Of a stretch of DNA of 64,000 bases, positions 10,984 through 20,073 are shown piece after piece. The notes beneath the pieces are model-generated. The model saw only the letters and a list, made by a program, of their open reading frames with translations, was not told where the DNA came from and searched no databases. Origin of the DNA: Dehalococcoidia bacterium (GTDB taxonomy: Bacteria; Chloroflexota; Dehalococcoidia; UBA2979); contig JBAYUZ010000001.1 of assembly GCA_041674885.1 (NCBI GenBank), forward strand, positions 37,804 through 101,803. Direction: 5' to 3'. The number at the start of each line of letters is the position of its first letter. Positions within the stretch are counted from its first letter, which is position 1. The translations under genes and the position numbers were made by a program.

Positions 10984-12141
10984 CTAGCGCGCGAGTGTGC
11001 CACGCACGACCGACGGCGATGAGGCATGCGGGATCAGCAGTTGCGGCGAGGAGCTGCCGTCGGCGGGCACCATCCAGACGTCCCATCGTCGACCGTCCGA
11101 TGTGGCGGGCATGCCGTAGATCAGCCGGTCGTTATCCAGCCACTCCGCCTGCTCGTCGAAGTTGCGCGTCTCTGACTCGACCAACCGATGCGTGAGCGTG
11201 CGCAGGTCAAGCACCGCAAGTCGCCACGTCCCGTCCGCGTTCCGCCGCTTGAACGCGAGGCGCGTCCCGTCCGGCGACAGCGACGGGCACTCGCCCGTGT
11301 CGAAGATCACCCGTGCGGTCTTCGCCGCCAGGTCACCCTCGATGATGTGCCATGACGTGTTTGTCCCCAGCGTCGCGTAGAAGCGATTCGAGTCCGCGGC
11401 GAACGTGACGCCCCAGAGGTTGAAGTCCGGCTGCCGAAACGGCTTGCCGTCACGCGTGAACACGAGCTGCTCCAGGTCGAGGATCGGCTGCTTCGACGCG
11501 ACATCGATGACCACCGTGCGCGTGGAGAACGCCCCGCCAATGGCGTAGGTGTGCCCGGAGACGAACACCGTCCCGGACGCGTACCGGCCGTCCCCGGCCA
11601 CCCGAGCCCGGCTGGGAATGCCGGGGAACGGGAACTCGCCCGTGGGCTGCAACCGCGCATCCAGCAGCACCGACACGTTCTGGAACGAGGAGACGCCGCG
11701 CTCCGCAAGGCACACGCCCGCGCCGCCCGCCACGTACACGCGCGCGCATCGCGTCCCGGTCACATCGCGCGCCCCACCGGGGTCATCGCGCGATACGACC
11801 GCGACACGCCGCCCCGCCGGATCCTCGTCATCGAGGAAGACGATGAACCCGGAAGGCGCGCCACGCGCGGGCGCGGGCGTCGAAGCGGCCCGCGATGGCT
11901 CCGACCCGACCGGTGTCGCGCTGACACTCGCCGCTGCGGACGGTGACGGCTGCGCCGGCGCGCCGGACGCGACCGGTGTCGCGCTCCCCTGCTGCGTGAA
12001 CGCATCCAGGATGCGCCCGCCCGCCTCGGGCGCGCTGGCGTGAAACGCCTCGTCACTCCCGATCGAGAGGCCGAGGTATGCTCCGCCGCCGATGAGGGCG
12101 ACTGCGACCACCACCGCGAAGATCAGGACGTTACGCGGCAT
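10984..12141 (-). CDS. Membrane-anchored WD40-like beta-propeller protein (TolB/PD40-like repeats)
   Basis: N-terminal TM helix, then an Ala/Pro/Ser-rich linker, then PD40-type repeats (CPSLSPDGTRLAF). Start chosen at MPRNVLIFAVVV. It overlaps the upstream MFS gene by 11 nt. Confidence 0.55.
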   Translation of the reverse strand: MPRNVLIFAVVVAVALIGGGAYLGLSIGSDEAFHASAPEAGGRILDAFTQQGSATPVASGAPAQPSPSAAASVSATPVGSEPSRAASTPAPARGAPSGFIVFLDDEDPAGRRVAVVSRDDPGGARDVTGTRCARVYVAGGAGVCLAERGVSSFQNVSVLLDARLQPTGEFPFPGIPSRARVAGDGRYASGTVFVSGHTYAIGGAFSTRTVVIDVASKQPILDLEQLVFTRDGKPFRQPDFNLWGVTFAADSNRFYATLGTNTSWHIIEGDLAAKTARVIFDTGECPSLSPDGTRLAFKRRNADGTWRLAVLDLRTLTHRLVESETRNFDEQAEWLDNDRLIYGMPATSDGRRWDVWMVPADGSSSPQLLIPHASSPSVVRGTLAR

Positions 12142-13453
12142 GCGCGCCGGCTCCCCTCGACGCTCGCCGGAAGGAGCCAGCCGCGAGCACCACCGTGACG
12201 GCGAGCCCCGCCGTGAACAGCAGCAGCGCCGCCGTCGGCCCCTGCACCGTCCACAGCACCCCGAACGCCACCGACGAGGCAAGCCGGGCGACCGCCGTGA
12301 CCGTGCCGAGGATCGACAGCCCGCTCGCGCGCTGCGCATCGGGGAGCGTCGCGCTCGCCGCTGCGGCCAGCACGCCGTCCGTGCTCGCGTAGAACGCGCC
12401 GAACAGCAGCAGCGTCAGCGCCACGGTGACGCCCGGCGTGGCGGCCAGCATCGATGGCGCCAGCAGCAGCACGCCGTACACCGCCAGCAGCACCATCTGC
12501 CCGCCCAGGAACGTGGGCACGCGCCCGATACGATCCGCAACACGCCCCAGCGGGATCGCGAGCAGGAAGTACGCGATCGACGTCCCCAGGAACAGCAGCG
12601 GGAAGTACGCCATCCCCACGTCCGTCGTGCGCTGCAGCACCAGGTAGACGAACGCATCGCTCAGCGTGAAGAACGCGACCATCCCGCCCGCGACGACCAC
12701 AGCGCGGAAGCCGCCCGCCTCGCGGAGCACGCGAAGGCTCTCCGCGAACGTCGGACGCCGCTTCGCAGCCGCGGGCTGCTGCGGGTTGCGCACGAACAGC
12801 GCGATGATCGCAACGCCGATCACCGCGAACGAGAGGCTCAGCACGAACACCGCATCGAACCGTCGAGGCGCGAGCGCCAGCACGGCGAACGCGAGGATCG
12901 GGCCCAGCATCGCGCCGACCGTATCGAGCGCACGGTGCAGGCCGAACGCCGCCCCCAGCGACTCATCTGATGCGGCGCGCGAGATGAGCGCGTCCCGGGG
13001 CGCCGTGCGGATGCCCTTCCCGAAGCGATCGACCGCGACCAACGCCATGAACGCGGTCGCGCCGGGCGTCAGGATCATCCCCAGTCGCGTGAGCATCGAC
13101 AGCGCGTACCCCGCGGCCGCGACCTCCTTCTGGCGATCGAGCCGATCCGCCAGGAACCCCGCCACCAGCCGGAACAACGCCGAGGCGCCCTGGTACAGCC
13201 CGTCGATGATCCCGAACTGCACCACGCTCGCCTGCTGCTGGAAGAGCAGGTAGATCGGCAGCACCGCCGTCACCATCTCAGACGAGACATCGGTGAACAT
13301 GCTCGTGAGGCCGAGCAGCAGCACGGTCGAACCGACGCGACCGTCACGCTTCCCGCCACGACCGAGCGTGATCCCGGCCAACCCCTCGCGGATCAGTCCG
13401 TACAACGGTTCCCCACCTCGAACGCGGCGCGCTCGGAGGATACCCCGGGCCAT
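12131..13453 (-). CDS. MFS transporter
   Basis: 12-TM major-facilitator-like hydrophobic pattern. Substrate unknown. Confidence 0.7.
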   Translation of the reverse strand: MARGILRARRVRGGEPLYGLIREGLAGITLGRGGKRDGRVGSTVLLLGLTSMFTDVSSEMVTAVLPIYLLFQQQASVVQFGIIDGLYQGASALFRLVAGFLADRLDRQKEVAAAGYALSMLTRLGMILTPGATAFMALVAVDRFGKGIRTAPRDALISRAASDESLGAAFGLHRALDTVGAMLGPILAFAVLALAPRRFDAVFVLSLSFAVIGVAIIALFVRNPQQPAAAKRRPTFAESLRVLREAGGFRAVVVAGGMVAFFTLSDAFVYLVLQRTTDVGMAYFPLLFLGTSIAYFLLAIPLGRVADRIGRVPTFLGGQMVLLAVYGVLLLAPSMLAATPGVTVALTLLLFGAFYASTDGVLAAAASATLPDAQRASGLSILGTVTAVARLASSVAFGVLWTVQGPTAALLLFTAGLAVTVVLAAGSFRRASRGAGAHAA

Positions 13454-13523
13454 GCCGACCGTGCGCGTGTCCGGCAGGGAGTTGCCGTGCCATACTCCCC
13501 GCGCTGACGGAGGGATCGAGCCG

Positions 13524-14816
13524 ATGCGCGCACTGGATTCGCTGATGCGCGCGCGGCGCGGGCTGTTCTACGGCTGGTGGGTCACCCTCGGCGGCGCCGC
13601 GAGCAACTTCCTCGTCATCGGCATCGTCGCGTTCGGGTTCGGGGTCTTCGTCCAGCCGCTACGCGACGAGATGGGGTGGAGCGTCGCCGCGATCTCGGCG
13701 GGCGTCTCGCTCCGCAGCGCGGAGCAGGGGCTGCTCGCCCCGCTCACCGGCATGCTCGTCGACCGCGTGGGGCCGAGGCGGATGGCCGTCGGCGGCATGA
13801 TCACGCTCGTCGTCGGGCTCGTGCTGTTCTCGCAGGCTCGCTCGCTCACGGCCTTCTACGTCTCGAGCCTCGTGATCGCGCTCGGTCAGAGCACCGCCTC
13901 GTTCACGCCGTTCTCCGTCGCGGTCGTCGCGTGGTTCCGTCGCATGCGAGGCCGTGCGATGGGCATCCTGAACACCGGGAACGGCGCGGGCTACCTCGCC
14001 ACCCCCGTGCTCGCCTACCTCGTCGCCACGCTCGGCTGGCGCGAGGCGCTGCTCGTCGCCGCCGGCGCGATCGCCATCGTCGGCCTCCCGCTCACGACGC
14101 TGCTCCGCGACACACCGGAGGATCGCGGCCTGCACCCCGACGGTGATGCCGGCGAGGTCGACAGCGACGGCACCACCCGCGCGCGCTCGATCACCGGCGC
14201 CAGCGTGAAGGAGGCGCTCCGCAGCCCCGCCTTCTACCTGCTGGTGCTCGCGACGACCGCCAACGCCTCGCAGGGCGCGTGGATCGTGCACCAGGTGCCG
14301 CACCTCCAGAACGTCGGCTACAGCACCCGCGACGCTGCCTTCATCGTCGCCGCCTACGGCTTGCTCCAGGTCTCGCTGCGCGTCGGCATCGGCTGGGTCG
14401 GCGACTCGCTCGGTCGCAAGCAGATGTACGCCGCCTCGTTCGTGCTGCAGGGCGTGGGCATGCTCGCGTTCGCACAGCTCGCGCCGGGACGCCCGTGGCT
14501 GCTGGTCGCCTACTTCGCGATCTACGCCACCGGCCACGCCGCGTGGGTGGTCTTCCAGCAGACGATGGTCGCGGACTACTTCGGCGTCCGCCGCTTCGCC
14601 ACACTCCGAGGCCTCTCCGGCGCCCTCCAGACCCCGCTCGGTGTGCTCACGCCGTGGCTTGCCGGCTGGATGTTCGACCAGGTCGGGGACTACCGCTTCA
14701 TCTTCACCGTCTACGGCTTCGCCGCGATGACCGGTGCGCTGTTCGTCGTCCTCATCCGTCGCCCGCTGTGGACCGACGAGCAGACGCACGCCGCCCCTCG
14801 CACCGCAGCGGCCTGA
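13524..14816 (+). CDS. MFS transporter (possibly OFA-like subfamily)
   Basis: MFS hydrophobic pattern. Start at the ATG at 13524 with GGAGGG 9 nt upstream. The track ORF has a non-protein-like Pro/Arg-rich extension upstream. Confidence 0.7.
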   Translation: MRALDSLMRARRGLFYGWWVTLGGAASNFLVIGIVAFGFGVFVQPLRDEMGWSVAAISAGVSLRSAEQGLLAPLTGMLVDRVGPRRMAVGGMITLVVGLVLFSQARSLTAFYVSSLVIALGQSTASFTPFSVAVVAWFRRMRGRAMGILNTGNGAGYLATPVLAYLVATLGWREALLVAAGAIAIVGLPLTTLLRDTPEDRGLHPDGDAGEVDSDGTTRARSITGASVKEALRSPAFYLLVLATTANASQGAWIVHQVPHLQNVGYSTRDAAFIVAAYGLLQVSLRVGIGWVGDSLGRKQMYAASFVLQGVGMLAFAQLAPGRPWLLVAYFAIYATGHAAWVVFQQTMVADYFGVRRFATLRGLSGALQTPLGVLTPWLAGWMFDQVGDYRFIFTVYGFAAMTGALFVVLIRRPLWTDEQTHAAPRTAAA

Positions 14817-14890
14817 TCGGCGACGCCGGCAAGAGTCGTGCTTGAGGCCTCCCGTACGCTCGATCCTGCGGGACAGGGAGGAGCGAGACG

Positions 14891-15151
14891 ATGGGCATCA
14901 TCGCGTGGGTCGTGCTGGGTCTGATCGCCGGTGCGCTGGCGAAGGCGCTCATGCCGGGGCGTGACCCCGGCGGCATCGTCGCCACGATCCTGATCGGGAT
15001 CGCCGGCGCCCTGATCGGCGGGTTCATCTGGAACCTGCTGAGCGGCGCCGAGGGCTACGGCAACCTGGATGTCGGCGGCATCCTCATCGCCGTGCTTGGC
15101 GCCATGCTGCTGCTCTGGGCGTACCGGACGTACGCCGTCAACCGCGCGTAG
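14891..15151 (+). CDS. GlsB/YeaQ/YmgE family (transglycosylase-associated) small membrane protein
   Basis: 86-aa, Gly-rich, two-TM protein (MGIIAWVVLGLIAGALAKALMPG...) typical of this family. GGAGG RBS. Confidence 0.8.
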   Translation: MGIIAWVVLGLIAGALAKALMPGRDPGGIVATILIGIAGALIGGFIWNLLSGAEGYGNLDVGGILIAVLGAMLLLWAYRTYAVNRA

Positions 15152-15262
15152 GCGCAGCACGCCGAGCACCGACGCCGGCCGACGGCAAACGAACCCCCTC
15201 GCACGCTCGTTTCACCCCTCGATGCCGCGCGTGCTCGCGCGTGGCATCGAGAGGGGTGAGGG

Positions 15263-16399
15263 ATGGGCCGAGGGGCTTCGCTGGCTGCGGTCGCCGCGCT
15301 GGCGCTCGGCGTGCTGCTCCACCCCGCCGCGCCCGCCGAGGCGGCCGCCTCACTCAACCTCCCGACCGAGACGGGGAGCGAGTGGCGGGTGCTGGCCGGC
15401 TACAACACCGCCACCCACTCCGTCGCCGACGCGAACGATCCCTATGCGCTCGACCTCGTGCGCAGCGACGCCTCGACCGCCGGCTCGATCGTCTACGCCC
15501 CGTTTAGCGGCACCGTGCAGTACGCCGACACGAAGTGCGTCGGCGTCCGCGACGCCCAGGGTGTGAGCGTGCTGCTCTGCCACCCCTACCCCGACGCGAA
15601 CCTCCGAGGTCGCGCGATCGCGCGCGGCCAGCGCCTCGGCGTGGTCGCCCCCGATGGCGAGGCCGGGAACAACGGCGCCGCACACATCCACATCGCGCTC
15701 ACCGCACCGAATCGAGGCGGCCCGCTCCCCTTCAGCGGTCGCTTCGCCCTCGAGGGTGTCGACCTGCCGCCGACCGCCGAGCCGGGCGCCTACACCGACG
15801 TCGCGTTCCGCTCCTCGCTGCGTCGCGCCCCCAGCGTCGACGCCGGCGTCGACAGGACCGTGCGCCTGCGCGACGGCGTCACGCTCACGGGCCTCGTCGA
15901 CAACCCGGAGCAGAGCGCCGTCACGCTCACCTGGGCGCAGACGTCCGGCGCCGCCGTCGTGCTCACCGGCGCGAGCACAGCCAGCGCGCAGTTCACCGCG
16001 CCCGCCACCACCTCGACGCTCGCCTTCCGCTTCACCGTCACCGAGCTCGCGACCGGCGAGCAGTTCTCCGACACGCTCACCGTCCGTGTCTCCTCGACCG
16101 CGCCGATCGCCTCCACGCCGCCACCAACCGCGACGAGCGGCGGCAGCGGACGGCTGCTCTCCGGCAGCGTCCCCGCGAGCGGCGGCTTCGGCCTCTTCGT
16201 CTTCGCGGGCGGGACGAACGAGGAGATGCTCGCCGCCACCGGCTGCCCGGGCACGTCCGCCGCCTACTGGGCACTCACGAACGGCGCGTTCACCGTCTTC
16301 ATCCCCGGCACGCGCATCGCTGCCGTGAACGCGGAGTGGTCGAGGCTGTTCGCATCCGGGATCCCCGCCGGCACCGTCCTCCTCGGCCGCTGCCGGTAG
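15263..16399 (+). CDS. Secreted M23-family metallopeptidase with a central Ig-like domain and a conserved C-terminal domain of unknown function
   Basis: Signal peptide. HxxxD (ATHSVAD) and HxH (AAHIHIAL) M23 motifs. Ser/Thr/Pro-rich linker. The C-terminal ~80 aa is homologous to the C-terminus of the protein at 56650..57795. Confidence 0.7.
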   Translation: MGRGASLAAVAALALGVLLHPAAPAEAAASLNLPTETGSEWRVLAGYNTATHSVADANDPYALDLVRSDASTAGSIVYAPFSGTVQYADTKCVGVRDAQGVSVLLCHPYPDANLRGRAIARGQRLGVVAPDGEAGNNGAAHIHIALTAPNRGGPLPFSGRFALEGVDLPPTAEPGAYTDVAFRSSLRRAPSVDAGVDRTVRLRDGVTLTGLVDNPEQSAVTLTWAQTSGAAVVLTGASTASAQFTAPATTSTLAFRFTVTELATGEQFSDTLTVRVSSTAPIASTPPPTATSGGSGRLLSGSVPASGGFGLFVFAGGTNEEMLAATGCPGTSAAYWALTNGAFTVFIPGTRIAAVNAEWSRLFASGIPAGTVLLGRCR

Positions 16400-16426
16400 C
16401 CGCATCGCGCGGCCGACCTGATCGAG

Positions 16427-17608
16427 GTGGCGCGGATCCGCCGCGTCCGCCACCATCCCCCGGTGACGACCACCGACCGCCCGTCCGGGTACCGCTGGGT
16501 GATGCTGGGGCTGCTCTGCCTCGGCTACGGCTCGTTCGGCCTCGTGAGCGCCTCGCTCGCGCCGTTGCTCGGCCCGATCCTCCGCGACACCGGCATGACC
16601 CGCGCACAGGTCGGCCTCGTGCTCGGCTCCTGGCAGTTCGTGTACCTGTTCGTCGCCGTGCCTGCGGGCGCGCTGGTCGACCGCGTGGGGCTGCGTCGAG
16701 CGCTCTTCGCGGGCATCGCGCTCGTCGCGCTCTCGCAGGCGCTGCGCGCCTTCGCGTTCGACCAGTGGACCATGCTCGCCGCCGTGATGGTGTTTGGCCT
16801 CGGCGGCCCGTTCATCTCCGTCGGCGCTCCGAAGCTGACCGCCACCTGGTTCACCCGTGAGGAGGCCGGGCTCGCGCTCGGCATCTACACCGTCTCCCCC
16901 TCGGTCGGCAGCATCCTGGCGACCTCGACCGCGAACAGCGTGCTGATGCCCGCGACCGGCGAGAGCTGGCGCGCGACGCTCCTCGTCTACGCCGCCTTCG
17001 CCGCCGCGGCCGCGCTCGCCTGGCTGCTGCTCTCCCGCGAGCACGCCAGCGCCGGCAGCCGAGGCGGCACCGGCGGCTCCACGACGCAGGCCTTCGGCCA
17101 ACTGCTGCGCGTCCCCGTCGTGCAGCTCGTGCTGCTGATGGCGGTCGGGTGCTTCCTCGTGAACCACAGCCTGAACAACTGGCTCCCGGAGATGCTGCGG
17201 GCCGGAGGCATGACGCCCAGCAGCGCCGGCCTGTGGGCCTCGATCCCCACGCTCGTCGCCGTCGTCGCCGCGCTGCTGGTGCCGCGCTTCGCGCACGACC
17301 GCATCCTGACGACGGTGCAGCTCGTGGTGTTCGCGGTGTGGGGCGTCGGGCTGCTGCTCGTCTGGGTCGGTGGCGGCGCAATGCTGCCGCTCGGCCTCGT
17401 GCTCACCGGCATCGGCCGAGGCGCAGGCACGCCGCTGCTCATGCTCACGCTGCTGCGCTCCCCGCGCGTCGGCCCCGCGCTGATGGGCGCGGCCGGCGGC
17501 CTGTTCTTCACCGCCGGCGAGGTCGGCGGCGTGCTCGGCCCCGCGCTCACCGGCGTGCTCGCGGACGCCACCGGCGGCCGGAACGCTCGTTGCGGTGCAG
17601 ACGGGTGA
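16427..17608 (+). CDS. MFS transporter, terminated by an in-frame TGA before the last predicted TM helix (possible pseudogene or sequencing error)
   Basis: MFS-like protein with a GTG start. Downstream of the TGA at 17606-17608 the same frame continues as YAVTLVALATTCVVLALLALPLGAAS..., GC3-rich and TM-like, to a TAG at about 17762-17764. Confidence 0.6.
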   Translation: MARIRRVRHHPPVTTTDRPSGYRWVMLGLLCLGYGSFGLVSASLAPLLGPILRDTGMTRAQVGLVLGSWQFVYLFVAVPAGALVDRVGLRRALFAGIALVALSQALRAFAFDQWTMLAAVMVFGLGGPFISVGAPKLTATWFTREEAGLALGIYTVSPSVGSILATSTANSVLMPATGESWRATLLVYAAFAAAAALAWLLLSREHASAGSRGGTGGSTTQAFGQLLRVPVVQLVLLMAVGCFLVNHSLNNWLPEMLRAGGMTPSSAGLWASIPTLVAVVAALLVPRFAHDRILTTVQLVVFAVWGVGLLLVWVGGGAMLPLGLVLTGIGRGAGTPLLMLTLLRSPRVGPALMGAAGGLFFTAGEVGGVLGPALTGVLADATGGRNARCGADG

Positions 17609-17790
17609 ACTCCGCGAAGCGCAGCGGCAGGTCGCGGCTACGCCGTCACGCTGGTCGCCCTCGCTACGACCTGCGTGGTGCTCGCGCTGCTCGCACTCCC
17701 GCTCGGTGCGGCATCCCGCGCCGCACACGCCACCGCCGCCGCCCGCTAGCGTCGACCCGGCGCGCTCGCCACCGGGGTGCCACACACCTC

Positions 17791-17820
17791 CTGACGTTAT
17801 TGCTATAGTTCGCACTAGCC
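17791..17820 (+). promoter_or_regulatory. AT-rich patch with a TATAGT -10-like hexamer about 38 nt upstream of the Fur-family regulator gene. Candidate promoter and autoregulatory operator
   Basis: ctgacgttattgctatagttcgcactagcc stands out against the high-GC background. It contains the CTATAG palindrome. Confidence 0.3.
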
Positions 17821-17847
17821 ACCAGCACACGCACGAGGGTTCCACCT

Positions 17848-18285
17848 GTGCCGCACAACCAGTCGAGAGTCACCGAAGCGCTCCGCGCCAGCGGGCGCCG
17901 CCTCACCACGCAGCGCGCGCAGGTGCTGGCCGCGCTGCACGACCTGCCCGGCCACAGCACCGTCGATCAGATCCACGCCCGCGTCCGCGACTGCGGCGGC
18001 AACGAGGTCGCGCTGTCGACCGTCTACCGCAACCTCGACGCGCTCGTCGCGATGGGGCTGGTCGCCGCCTTCACCGGCGCCTCCGGCGGCACCACCTACG
18101 AGTGGACCGCCGAGGCCCATCACCACCTGCTCTGCGACGGCTGCGGCCACACGCAGGAGGTCGCCCTGCACGCCCTCGATGCCCTCGCCCGCGAGGTGCA
18201 GCGCGACCACGGCTTCGTCGCCGACATGCGGCACCTGGCGATCCACGGCCGCTGCGCCGGCTGCCGCGACTCGGAGGAACGCTGA
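17848..18285 (+). CDS. Fur-family metalloregulator, probably the nickel-responsive Nur type
   Basis: Fur-family fold with an HHH...CxxC metal site. GTG start with GAGGG 8 nt upstream. Immediately upstream of, and overlapping, a CbiM/NikM ECF transporter and near urease, hence the nickel suggestion. Confidence 0.8.
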   Translation: MPHNQSRVTEALRASGRRLTTQRAQVLAALHDLPGHSTVDQIHARVRDCGGNEVALSTVYRNLDALVAMGLVAAFTGASGGTTYEWTAEAHHHLLCDGCGHTQEVALHALDALAREVQRDHGFVADMRHLAIHGRCAGCRDSEER

Positions 18286-18986
18286 TGCTCGCTGCCCCCA
18301 TCACCACCGCGCTCGAGGCGGCAGCCGGGCCGGCGCTCCACATCCCGGACGGCTTCCTGAGCGCGCCCGTGTCGATCGTCGGCTGGGTCGTCACCGCGAC
18401 CGTCGTCACCGTCGCCGCGCGCCGCGCGGAGCGCACGTTGAGCGACCGCGCCGTCCCGCTCATGGGCGTGATGGCCGCGTTCATCTTCGCGGCGCAGATG
18501 ATGAACTTCCCGGTCGCCGGCGGCACCTCCGGTCACCTGCTCGGCGGTGCGCTCGCCGCCGCGCTGCTCGGGCCGTGGGCCGCGATCATCGTCATGACGG
18601 CGGTCGTCGGGCTGCAGGGGCTGCTGTTCCAGGACGGCGGCCTGCTGGTGATGGGCGCGAACATCTTCAACATGGGCATCGTGACGGTCGGCCTGTCGAC
18701 GCTGCTCTTCCGGCTCGCCCGCCCACTCGCCCGCGGCGGCACGGGCACCCTCATCGTCGCCTTCGTCGCCGCCTGGCTGACCGTCGAGGCGGCGGCGGCG
18801 CTCACCGCCTTGCAGCTCGCGCTCTCCGGCACGTCACCGCTTGAGATCGCGCTGCCCGCAATGCTCACCGTCCACGCGCTGATCGGCATCGGCGAAGGCC
18901 TGATCACCGTCGCCGCGCTCGCGTTCGTGCGCACGACCAGCCCGAACCTGCTCCCCGCCTCGCTCACGTCGGAGGTCGCACGATGA
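18285..18986 (+). CDS. ECF-type Ni/Co transporter substrate-capture subunit, CbiM/NikM family
   Basis: HIPDGFL N-terminal motif after a signal-like segment. Polytopic. TGATG overlap with the regulator gene. Confidence 0.8.
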   Translation: MLAAPITTALEAAAGPALHIPDGFLSAPVSIVGWVVTATVVTVAARRAERTLSDRAVPLMGVMAAFIFAAQMMNFPVAGGTSGHLLGGALAAALLGPWAAIIVMTAVVGLQGLLFQDGGLLVMGANIFNMGIVTVGLSTLLFRLARPLARGGTGTLIVAFVAAWLTVEAAAALTALQLALSGTSPLEIALPAMLTVHALIGIGEGLITVAALAFVRTTSPNLLPASLTSEVAR

Positions 18987-19282
18987 CCACTCGCCGCACG
19001 CTGCTGCTCACCGGTATCGCGATCGCCTTGCTGGTTGCCGCCGTCGCTTCGTTCGCCGCCTCGCCCGCGCCGGATGGCCTGGAGCGTGTCGCCGAGGATC
19101 AGGGGTTCCTGGAGCGAGCACAGGACGCGCGATACGAGCTGCTACCCGACTACACGATCCCCGGGCTGGGTGAGGGCCCACTCTCGACGGCCGCCGCCGG
19201 GGCGGTGGGCGTACTGGTCGTTGCCGCCGCCACGCTCGGCGCGGGCGCGCTGCTCCGCCGCCGTCACAAGCAGGAACAGTGA
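18983..19282 (+). CDS. PDGLE-domain small membrane protein (NikL/CbiN-like accessory subunit)
   Basis: 99 aa with two TM helices and a PDGLERV motif. ATGA overlap with the upstream gene. Confidence 0.6.
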   Translation: MTTRRTLLLTGIAIALLVAAVASFAASPAPDGLERVAEDQGFLERAQDARYELLPDYTIPGLGEGPLSTAAAGAVGVLVVAAATLGAGALLRRRHKQEQ

Positions 19283-20073
19283 GCGCCCTTGCCGCTTTCA
19301 CCGACCGCTACGTCGAACGATCGAGCCCGCTCCACCGCGCCGACGCGGCGGTGAAGCTGCCCGCCGTCCTCGCCTACGTGCTCGCCCTCGCGCTGACACG
19401 CGAGGCCGCGTGGGTGGTGCTCGCCGCCAGCGCCCTCCCCGTGGTGCTCGCCGCCGCGCTCGGTGGGTTCTCGCCGATGTTCCTGCTGCACCGCTCGCTG
19501 CTCGCGCTGCCGTTCGTCGCTGCAGCAGTGCCGTTGGCGTTCACCCGCCCCGGCGAGGTCGTCTTCGTGATGCCGCTCACCGGCTGGGACGCAAGCCGCG
19601 AGGGTATCGAGGCGGTCGCGACGATCCTCGCGCGCTCGTGGCTCTCCGTGCTCGCCGTCGTGCTGCTCACCGCCAGCACTCCCGTCGCCGAGCTGCTGCA
19701 TGCGCTCCGCACGCTGCGCGTGCCGCGCCTGCTGGTCGCCACCGTGTTCTTCACGTACCGCTACTTCCACGTCGTCGGCGACGAGGCGATGCGCATGATG
19801 CGCGCCCGCGATAGCCGCAGCGCCGCGCTCACCGATCGCCGCGCCGGTGGCACCATCACGTGGCGCGCCTCGGTGCTCGGCCACATGGTCGGCTCGCTGT
19901 TCATCCGCTCGCTCGACCGCAGCGAGCGCGTGCACGCGGCCATGCAGGCGCGCGGCTTCACCGGCGACCTCCGCTTCCTCACGACCGGCCGCGTGCGCGG
20001 CATCGATGCCGCAGCGGCGATCGTGCTCGTCGCGTACGCGTTCGCCGTGCAGGCGGCAGGGAGGCTGGCGTGA
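19279..20073 (+). CDS. ECF transporter transmembrane (T) component, CbiQ/NikQ family
   Basis: CbiQ-like hydrophobic profile. GTG start overlapping the previous stop. Confidence 0.75.
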   Translation: MSALAAFTDRYVERSSPLHRADAAVKLPAVLAYVLALALTREAAWVVLAASALPVVLAAALGGFSPMFLLHRSLLALPFVAAAVPLAFTRPGEVVFVMPLTGWDASREGIEAVATILARSWLSVLAVVLLTASTPVAELLHALRTLRVPRLLVATVFFTYRYFHVVGDEAMRMMRARDSRSAALTDRRAGGTITWRASVLGHMVGSLFIRSLDRSERVHAAMQARGFTGDLRFLTTGRVRGIDAAAAIVLVAYAFAVQAAGRLA

